NCBI GenBank assembly: GCA_002189035.1
Contig: CM007990.1
Span: 2,356,001-2,420,000 of the forward strand
Source: Utricularia gibba
Taxonomy: Eukaryota > Plantae > Magnoliophyta
Length of the DNA stretch: 64,000 nucleotides
Direction: 5' to 3'
The notes below the pieces were generated by a model, which was not told where the DNA came from, ran no database searches, and saw only the letters and a list, made by a program, of their open reading frames with translations. Shown here one piece after another: positions 13,317 through 23,356 of this stretch. The stretch's first letter is position 1. Each line of letters starts with the position of its first letter. The position numbers and the translations under genes are program-made.

Positions 13317-13948
13317 TGATGGGGTAGAAAATCAGCAAGTGCCACGTGAAGACAACGGGGACAATATTTAGGAATCAGTAAGCTTAGGAGGTGACGAAAT
13401 CGGTCATTTGGATGAAATCGGCTGGGATGTCTTAAATGAGTTCTAACAATCTGAAACAGGACAACAGACCAGTAGGGGTTAGAATTAGGCAATGACGGCC
13501 GTTTTTGGGAAACTCTAAAGGTGGTCGAATTACAAGAATGTCAGAGCAGTTAATGGTTATCTATCAGCAGGACCACGTGTATGGCTAACAAGTATAGAAA
13601 GTAGTCGACACCTGCATAATTCAGTCGGATTGGCACTCCCTATGAATATGAGGATATTTAAAGAAGAAAGAGTTGAAGTCTCTACATTTTGAACTTGTAC
13701 CTTTCTCTTCTCCTCAATTAGTGAAACCCCACTTTTCCAGCAAGTTCCAACAACTCTGTGGTTTTTCGATCTCCTGGTGGTTTCCACGTAAAAGTCCCTA
13801 TCTCTTTTTATTTTCATTGTCCACATAGTGACTCACAAACCCCAAGACACACAAATCGGATCCGAGTTAGACGCTTCTATTACCCAAAAATCGGTTACCT
13901 TACGCAAACCGATTTTCGACCACAACATTTTGGCACCCACCATGAGGC
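13317..13948 (+). mobile_element. 5' LTR (13317-13927) of a Tat-type element with a decayed tRNA-Lys(CUU) PBS; internal region lost
   Basis: Imperfect terminal inverted repeat: tgatggggtagaaaatcag versus the reverse complement of the end, tgttgtggtcgaaaatcgg. It is followed by TGGCACCCACCATGAGGC, which differs from the canonical TGGCGCCCACCGTGGGGC by three G>A changes. Confidence 0.65.
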
Positions 13949-14014
13949 AAGATCTATTGTCCCATTCGAGAAAATCCACAGAAGCTATCTATTAGGTTTT
14001 TCATAGACATCGCA

Positions 14015-15215
14015 TGTCATAAAAGCACTGAAATTTAAAAAAAAAATTTGAGAAACCCCAAATGCAAATCCTGAAATACAATATACGTCAGATAAAGAGA
14101 TTTTGAAAATATCTTTCAATGGACTCCATTGTTCATCAACCGCTACTCAAACTCTTTGAATGTCATTACCTTGGGTAGAGGACTTACTATTAGGCTTTGA
14201 TGCAATTACTTGAGATAAAATCTCATAGTTAACATGAGTGATGAATCCTTTATTGATCAATCAACTATCTCCAACATTAAAGAGTCATATCCCTTTTTAT
14301 CCATACTAGGCAAGTCATGGTTAGATTCTCATTAGTAATGAGCAAAAATGAAAGTTTAAGATCAAAATAACTTTGTTGACCTTCAAGTCTAAGCTTACTT
14401 GCACGGCTGTCATGTTTGAAATCTTGCTACTGACACTCGATTAGCTTCCCATAGTAGCATCTCGAAGACGAGTCATCCAGTGAATCGATTCTCTAATCGA
14501 CACCCATATATTGGTTCTTGTAATCTCATTACATCAATTGTGAGAACCATTGCCTAAACAGTTTAGGGAACTCAATGTGTGCTAGCTTATCCATATTTGT
14601 GATATCCTCATTTCACAAATACTCTAGCTAAGGAATTTTTATCTTGAACATAATGCTTGAAAAATCTCACATTATGATCTCATCATAATTTCTATAACAC
14701 ATAGATCAAGTAGAGGATTTTATCAATGATATAAATTTGATCACAATTCAAAGTAAATATCAAAAGATAAGATTTACCAATGAGTTAATTGTCTTTAGAA
14801 CATATACATCAACAATCTCCAACTTGTACTAGAGCCAATCATTGATGTATCTTATACTAATGGACTCTATGTGCGTCTCATGTACCTTCTGTGGAAGCAT
14901 CTTTGTAAGTAGATCTGGTACATTCTTCATTGTGTCCACTTTCTCAATTCTGACATTGCCTCTATCAATGATCTATCTGATCACATGGTAGCATCGAAGC
15001 ACATGTTTAGATTTCTAATGTGATCGAGGTGCCTTAGCATTTGCAATCGCCCCAATGTTATTACTATACAGGAGTATAGGATCCTCAACATTTGGGAATA
15101 CTCCCAAATCGCTGATAAAGTTGTTAATTCAAACAGCTTCTTTTGCAGCATCGCTGATGGCAATGTTCTCTTTTTCCATTATTGAATCAGCAATCATTTC
15201 TTGTTTCATCGTTTC
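14015..15215 (-). mobile_element. 3' end of an Angela-like Ty1/copia: RNase H fragment, PPT and 3' LTR
   Basis: Minus-strand 'KQEMIADSIMEKENIAISDAAKEAV*INNFISDLGV...AKAPRSH*KSKHVLRCYHVIR...VDTMKNVPDLLTK...DWL*', then PPT 'agtacaagttggagat' and TGTTG starting at 14814. The distal LTR end (about 14015) is tentative. Confidence 0.75.
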
Positions 15216-15289
15216 TAGCAATAAAAGGCAAAGTGTTATCATCTCCCAGAAAAAATATACTTCAATGTTTGGGGAGTAGCTTCAAGGTC

Positions 15290-17740
15290 TTCGACACTTG
15301 CACCAGCATGTCCTCAGCAATCCCTCCCAAAATGGCAATCACTCTTTTTGCCAAAATCAATCACATGTTAGACTTCCTCAAAGGTTCAAGTCCAAGAGAT
15401 TCATAGACATTCAATGACATCATGTTTATCATTGCTCGTTGATCAGCCATAGCCCTTAAGATTTACTTTCCTCCAATTTTCGAAGAAATATAATATGTAC
15501 TGATAGCACACAGATTTTCCCACTTTTGGGATAAGAAAATTACAATTTTTTAATTATGTTTAGTTTTTTATTTTATAGTTTTAAGTATTTTTTATATATA
15601 ATTTAGGAAAATGTGATTTTTTACAAGGATTTAGCCCAACCATGTTCTAACCCAATTTTGAGTCTAGCAGCAACCCGAAAATCATGGAAAAGAAAAGGGA
15701 TTTCGTGCAAGTCACCATGCAGCAGGGAGCAATGAGTATACTATGGCGGTAGTAGTCTGCAAGTTAGGGGCAGGAGCAGTAGAGCTGCCAGAAACTATAC
15801 CTGCCTTGGGAAGTGAGAAGAGAGAGAATCACAAGAGGGGAGGACAAGAGTTTTCAGAACACACACGGGGGGGGGGGGGTTTCCCTCCAACATCCAACAA
15901 CCCCAAAACAACGTCTCCACCAACAACAACACCCCCAACACGAAGAACACCAACCAGAAGAGGAGAAGAAGAACTTCATCTTCAAGAACAACATCAGAAC
16001 TAGTTCAGAACTACTGTTCCGACCCAAGAACAGTAGCAGACAGAAACCAGAACCCTTACTACTTTGCTTTTGTTTGTTGATGTTTTCAGTTTCTGCAACC
16101 AGCTCTTTCACGATGTTCTTGAAATTTTCGTTGCTTTATGTTAATGTTATCATGTTTTACCTTCAAAGTATAAGTAGCAGGAATCCTAGGGATATCTTAA
16201 AGTAAAACATGGTGGTGTAGATTTAGGATTCTTAATAAAATTCATCATTATTTCTTAGTTCTTGTTTCTATCAATCTATGGGTAAACCTAAGAAGGGGAA
16301 CAAGTAGCTTCACAATTAAGATGCTTGATTTAGAGGTAGACCAACAAATCAAGACAGGAACAATAGGTGTTAGTTCGGGATAGAACCAGTAGAACCGGGT
16401 AGATCTAGTTATATACACTTTGCATGCGTGTAGACCTAATTGCAATGTTGGTGATTATATTGGGGAATAGCTTAGCCGAAAATATGATGAATGACCTGGG
16501 TAGATTTAGGTTATTTGAAGTTGTAATTGTAGGAAAATGGTAATTTGAATTAGACATTTTAGCACCACACTACCTGTAGACCCTTAAGGCATCTACATAT
16601 TATTCTAAGTTAGAACCAGTAGTTGTTAACTTTTGCATTGAAACCTGATTTCGTTTACTGATCTTAATTGCCACTACTAGTCCGAGCTTAGACTAAGACC
16701 ACTGTATTCCAAATTATGCATCTATTAAAACACTTAGCAAACACAAGCTCCTTGTGATCGACCCCGAATTCCACTGTAGACTTTGTGTTTAATTTGTATT
16801 TTGTGAGGATTAGAGACTATAAATTTATTTGATACGAAAAATTTGCTTTTATTGCAACGACATTGCTAAAATTTCTGTTTATCATGTACCTATATCTCCA
16901 CATTTCAAGGAATCCCTTGTCAATTAGAGCATTAATACTTGTATTAATCTTCACGTCTTCCCTTCTTATGAGAGCAACCTTTTATTTTCAACATAGTTCC
17001 TTCAGGATTTGAGGTCCTCTCAAAACCTATTTCAAAATAATCAATTGCCTTCATAGTTACCATGATTAAGTTCAAGGTAGAAATAGTTCTCTGCACGTCA
17101 GCTTTCCTTCTATTATTCTTCAGCCTCCTTGGAAATGAGGCTGAGTCACTTTTACCTCTATCTTCTCTTCAGTGGCTGAGTTCGAACTGTCCCTTGCAAC
17201 TATCTTCCTCAACACTTTCCTCTTGGTCTATTTCTCAAACTAGTTTATCACTGGGCAGACTATGAGGCTGAATCACCTTTCTATCATGCAATTTCTCTTG
17301 CTTCTCAACTCAATAGCTGAAATATTTACTTTTGGATTCACTAAAGGTTTAAACTCATCCCACCCCCTATATGTTTAAAAGAAACTGAATGTTTTATACT
17401 AAACAATTCAAATTATAAATCAGGCTTTAAATAAATATTACTATCAAACTCGTTTTTATCTACACAGGGATAAATTAAAACTCAATTTTAAACCTTAGTA
17501 ATTCTAACCTCTATTAATCCAGACATCTATTAAAGTTTATCTACACAGGGATAAACTAATATTTTATATACAACCTTAAAATAACATGAGTATCAATCTA
17601 ATCCAATCTTTAGACATCCTCAAACAATCTTTAAGAATTCCATGTATCGATCTATGGATTTTCCATGCTATGGAATTATGCAAAACACAACATTACCACT
17701 CAAAAGCATATTAGCTAAAAAATAAATAATACAAAACTAA
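15290..17740 (-). mobile_element. Athila-type gag/protease relic split by solo LTR C
   Basis: 'DQRAMINMMSLNVYESLGLEPLRKSNM*LILAKRVIAILGGIAEDMLVQV' (15290-15460) resembles the Athila protease consensus 'DLGASINLMPLSVY..LG...L.....LQLAD......G..ED.LV.V'. 'SFPRRLK' (about 17125) matches the gag-protease linker. Outer boundary approximate. Confidence 0.6.
15501..16884 (+). mobile_element. Athila-type solo LTR (family 1, copy C), 1384 bp
   Basis: Termini TGATA...TATCA with exact TSD TGTAC at 15496-15500 and 16885-16889. Colinear with copies A, B and D. Confidence 0.93.
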
Positions 17741-17749
17741 GGAACATCA

Positions 17750-18080
17750 TACTTGAATGTTGATACTCTTCTACAAGATGACATTGATTGTGACCTTGGC
17801 CAACATATTGAAACAAGTGGGCAAGTTGTTCCCGGATGGAGACACCCTCGATAGGCTTCAAACCATAATATTCGCTCAACAATTCACAAAGTTGATAAAA
17901 AAAACATAATTTCTCATCCTTAACTTGTCATAACACTTAATTGGGTTTCCTTATAATAACTCCAACAATTCTGCTCCGTGAGCTTCCTATTCTTACATGG
18001 AAATCTATGCACCCGATTAACATAGGAACTATCAATCAAAGATACAATAATAACCACTATTTTTTAAACTTCTTTATTTC
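17750..18080 (-). pseudogene. PIF/Harbinger transposase N-terminal fragment
   Basis: Minus-strand 'GMRNYVFYQLCELLSEYYGLKPIEGVSIREQLAHLFQYVGQGHNQCHLVEEYQHS' (first residues across a small indel) matches the Harbinger pattern 'FRM.K.VF..LC..L...YGL......VSV.EQ.A.FL..IG..........E.FQHS'. Confidence 0.7.
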
Positions 18081-18130
18081 TTCTTTAAAATTGATCATCA
18101 TCCTTGTATGACCCCAAAGGAGACAATGAA

Positions 18131-18310
18131 TACTCCTCCATTTCAAAAGTGACGGATGTGGATTGTCATTTGTGAACAAAAGAAATGAAGAACATGGAAA
18201 ATTCATGTGTATAGTAGTGGGGGCAAGTATGAATTGAATAGAGTAGTTGAAAAAAAATTCATTAATGAGGGTAAATTAGTAATATCAATAAAAATAGAAA
18301 CTTCATATGA
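18131..18310 (+). mobile_element. Truncated Stowaway-like MITE
   Basis: Starts TA-CTCCTCCATTTCAAAA, similar to the Stowaway TA|CTCCCTCCGTT terminus, followed by an AT-rich body. The second TIR was not found. Confidence 0.3.
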
Positions 18311-21300
18311 AGAAGATTACACCAAATAGAAATTGCTCCAAAAAAACAATTCTATAGAATCACTTTTATTAGAGTTAAATTTTAGAAGTTGTTCCAAAAA
18401 GGTCTTCAATCTAGCCAAAGGGTTATTTTTGAGGTAATAACTGATCTCCGCAATCCCACCAAAAACACCCATGTTCAAAAAGCAATGTACTGCAAAAAAA
18501 ATTCTTACTTCAAAGAAAAATAACCAAGGAACAATGTGTGAATGTGTTGCAATAGTGACAAAATTGGAAGAACTCATTGACAAACTAGAAAATTTGGATG
18601 GACAACTTATTCAGAAGAGGCAGCGATAGGTAATTTGATCTCAACTCAGTTATTTTGATTTTTGGTTTAAGAAATTTGGTGTTATGTGGTTGTGCCATGT
18701 CAATTCAAACTCATAATGACAAAGTTCATTGAGTTGCTTGAGTACTGGTGCATTTAGTGGAGCGCACTTACCATGTGTGAGGTGTGATGTCCAAGTTCGT
18801 CATTTTCGAATCTTTTTGATCTAATCTTAAAGAATTGGAATGGCAGCTATGCGTGTCTCTCTTGATGTGCCTCATCAATCTCCCAACATTAGGGTCACTA
18901 GGCTCACTCAAGGACAAGACTAGAGCCATTTTGCATTTAGCTACATTAAATGCAAAAAAGGAAGACACATCTAGAAAAACCTTGATATAAAAATAAATGT
19001 TTAAGCATACACGAAAGGGCAACTCGTAATAGCATCAAGGAGACTTCACGATAAACTTCTATAGAGAGTGATCTTGGGAAGAGTGAATATGTGACCAGTT
19101 TAGTTTCATATTCCATGAAAAATAGTGAAATCTAGCAGCACAATAAAACAATTTTCTCCAAGGTCTATTCCTCTCATCCTTAATTATTGAATTTAGGACC
19201 TTAAGATATATATACATATTATTCTCACCAGTTTTCCATGTATTAGTAATAATAAGATAAAAACAAATTTACGCAAAGGTGGATCAGATGGGCTAGGCTC
19301 TCTTTGCGAAATTACGCCTCTCAAGTTTTTTTTCTTTTTTGGTAAATAGCAATGAATTGGAAATTCTTTACCAAATAGCAATTGTTAGAAAACGTAAAAC
19401 AATTTTATCAATTCGTTTTATATACTCATTTTATTCTGCTATTATCTTTGACTTGTTTTAATAATATAATTTTTGCATAATTAAAAATTCAAAATCATGT
19501 TTACTATTTTATTTAATAATTATTTTAAATCACTTAAATAAAGAAAACACTAATATTTATTTAAATTATTTCTTTATAATTTGTAATATAATTTGATATA
19601 ATTACAAATATATTATAAATGGCCATACGTATTCAAAATAAAAAAACAATTTAGTTAAATGATTTCTAGACCAGAATCAGTAATTATTTATTTATTATTT
19701 TAATTATATATTTATAATTTAAAATATAATTTGAAATAATTACAAATATTAAAAATAATTAGATTTATTTAGTTTGAAATGACATCACTATCGAATATTT
19801 GTTATATACAGAATATTTTGAAAAAATTGTGAAAATCTTAGGTTATTAAACTTTTAAAGATAATGTTGAAAAAATGGAAACCTAACCAAATTGCATCATT
19901 TTTTTGAATTTTTGGAACGATACATACATAAATGTATATTATGTAAGTAACAAAAAAATTATAAAACACTCTCAAAATGTTCTTATGGATTTGAAATGCT
20001 TATTAAATGATTCACAATTATAATTGTCACCCATTATACGAAAAGTATTTTTATAAATAATTATTTTGAATAATTTTATAATAAAATCTAAAATTATAAG
20101 CATATTATTAACAGACAATTCAATCACATTAAAATTTAAAAATAATTACTTAAATAAAAATTTCATAAGAATGTATTTTACTATATAGGTAGATATCAAA
20201 TGCTATGATATTTTATAGAGGAAAATATTTGACATATAATATATTTATGCATATGTGAAAAATCTTCATTTTTATAACACTACCTTAAATATTTAATGTA
20301 TTATAACATTCGAGATGATAAACATCATCATTAGGGACCATGTATATTAAAAAAACATAAATTTCGAGTTTTTGGTTATACGATGTTAGGGTATGGGTGA
20401 TGACATTAGAGGTTATTTTAACCAAAAACATGATAAATGAACCAGATAGATTTAGATCATTTGGAGTTGTGTATATAAAAATATTATAAATTAAATTAGA
20501 GATTTTAGTACCACATCATCCAGATTATCTTGAGGTATCTTAGTATTAAAATTTGCACAAAACATGTAACAGCTACCTTCTGCATTGTAACGACCAAAAA
20601 AATTTCTATATATCAGTCACTATCTGATCATTCATCTTAAAGTATGGCCATAAACAAAACGTTATCTCCCTGAAACCAAAATGACATGAGTTGATGCTTT
20701 CCACCATACTCTTCTTCAAAACTCATAGGCACCAATCAGTTAATTATGAATCTTGAATATGTAGGTTGTTATAGAAAAATTGTAACATAATTGCTTGAGA
20801 CATACAAAATCCAATTAGATTAAAAGAAGAAGTAGAGATTAACTAATAAAACGTAAAAGTCGGAGTCCCCAAACCCAAAAACAAGGGTTTCTAACCATGA
20901 ACTAGATACAAAGGAAGGGAAACTAAAGCAAAGTTCTAGAGATAAATTAGAGGAAAATCTTCTAGAAAGATAAACAAAAATTTAACCTTAATTGAAACTG
21001 AAACTCAATGAAAGTTTGATAATTTTTGACCTTGTCATCTGAATTTCATATCACTCTAATTTTGTATTAATCTTGAGTAACTTGCAAGAGACCTTCTGTT
21101 CTGACACTCTTACATTAATGATTTCTTATATTAGTAGCTTGCTTGTATTGTACGTCAAAACTCATTATTAGGCACCTGAATTTATTGGGAATGTAACTTT
21201 GGGAAGATTTATTTTGTCATGTGATATTTTCTTTTTCATATTTACTAATACATGTTCACTTTTAATAAAATTTCAACAAAACCAAATTAAAATATTAGAT

Positions 21301-23282
21301 AAAACACATAAATTAAAATAAATAACTTAATCTAGATAAATCTAAATTTTATATTATAAACTTTTAATTAAACAAGTGTAATTAAAATATAAAAATATAC
21401 TAAAAATATGGTAAGAAAATGACAGTGAACAACTAGCAAACCAGTTTTCCTTTTATGACGTATCAGTAATAATAAGATAAAAACAAATTTTTCAGGGTGG
21501 TGGGGCTGGGGTTGGGGATAATAACAGCAGCAGCAGCAGAAGCAATTAAGTGATGATGACGTGAAGGGAAACTGTTGTCCACTAAAGATTCTGTGCGAGT
21601 TTGAGTTTTTACGGTGGATTCCCGCTGCGCCAATTGTTTCTTTCTGTTACCTAATCAACCGAAGTTCATCGGAACCCTGAGCCAAAGGCCACTTCGGTAC
21701 TTGCAGTCTCCCGCAACTGACCAATAATGTTGATTTCATTGGAGACCTATTTTTTGACCATTTTGCAAATTATTTTTTATTCTTAAAAATAACAAAAGAA
21801 ATCGTTTTCCTAATTTTGAGTTTTTATTCCTAATTTTTTATTCAAAATTCATTCCCATATTTTCCTCGTTAATTAAATAATAATGTGGTTTTCTAGATTT
21901 GTACAAATTGTGAGGGCGAGCTTACAGTAGAGTGATATAAGATGTTGAAAACTTAAATAATGAATTTGTGCCATTAAAGAATAGTTTTCTTGCATTAGAT
22001 ATGATGTGTTTTATCAAGTTTGGTCCAACAATGTACTTCAAATTTCAAATTGTGACATATTTTAGGGCTGCCTTCAAAACTATTACATGAATTTTAGTAA
22101 TATTATAAAAGTATAATATTACTAAAATATTTTAATATTTTACAGTCCATGAAATCCAATAAATTCTATCTACTGCAATTTTTTAAGGAATTTTGATTTC
22201 GATTGGTGGAATTTTAAAATTTTATCGAGCGAAATTTTTATCATTCTTTTTTTGAATTAACTTTTTTCAGTTTGAATTACACAGATATATAACTTAAAAA
22301 TTTTAAATTTAAGTTTATCTCGTTTATTATATCACAATATATGAAATGAAAGATATCAAATTTCAGTCTTTGAAAGATGAATGAAATGATTAAAAATATT
22401 TTACATCCCCAGGCAGAGTTGTGTCTGCCCCGCCCCACACGCATTGCCGAAATGGAAATCGGTTGGGAAGGAAACAGAGGCACAGGCAGAGGCAGCGCCA
22501 GCGAAAAGCATGCTATGAATGCTTCTTGTTGTGGCGACGCAGTGCGGCCCCCATGGCGCCCCTGAAGGGAAGGAGTGCCAGCCACCCCTCCAGTGCCAGT
22601 GCCAGTGCCAGTGGCTCATGACTAGGAATAGGATGCTAGTTTGTTAATTAATTATACTCTTCACCCATGTGCTTGCTCAAACCTAACTAATATTTTTTGA
22701 GGACTGGACTGGGGCGGGGCGGCCATGTGAGCCAGCCAGCGAGCTTTCACGTTTTTTACTTTGCATCCATGGCTGGTTTAACCGATAGAATGATTAAGCT
22801 GCCGTTTTCAGTAGGACCTCGGCGCCAGGGTCCAGGAGGGGGGTGTGCCTTCATTGACGTACCGCATAAAATAGCTGGCCGGTTTGTGAAATGTCGATAC
22901 TCGCTGGTCCATCCCTCTTAATGGCGGGTGGGTTGGGGGGGGCGCTTCCTTCATCCCACCCCGGAATCGCCCCCCCCCCCCAAACCAACTTGTTTGAATA
23001 AAACGCTGCTTCTGCAAATATATTCAGACAAAAAAAAAAAAAGGAATTCTCAAAAGCCGGCATGTAATTCTAAACGAACAGGGTAAAAACCAATGTGTCC
23101 GTCCGATGGTAAAAAGTAAAAACTCACAGCTAAAGGGGAGGGTGGGGAATAAAACGCTGAGTGCAGTTGCAGTCGCATGTTGCGGTGGGGGACATCAATA
23201 CTTATGCCATGGTAAGAGACAAGGCCGACCCTAGACCTCCATAATTCACTGTACGACCACCTTGGTGGATGCATTCATCTCC

Positions 23283-23290
23283 TATAAATA
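23283..23290 (+). promoter_or_regulatory. TATA box of the CER1-type gene
   Basis: ccTATAAATAaa about 70 nt upstream of the ATG at 23357, followed by a GA-rich leader. Confidence 0.75.
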
Positions 23291-23356
23291 AAACTTACAG
23301 CAACAAGGAATACAAGAAGAAGAAGCACAAGGAGTAGAAGAAGCTGGTTTGTCATT

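Noticed and set aside
15867-15879. G13 run in LTR C (and G14 at 37873-37886)
   Set aside because: Absent from sister LTR copies; simple slippage or homopolymer sequencing error.
21550-21681. RTGATGA ... CTGA, resembling a C/D-box snoRNA
   Set aside because: No terminal stem and no rRNA/snRNA antisense element that I can recognise; the C box lies in a (GAT)n run.
22277-23274. Cluster of 60-100 aa ORFs on both strands upstream of CER1
   Set aside because: Expected by chance in GC-rich, stop-poor promoter DNA with simple repeats; no domain similarity.
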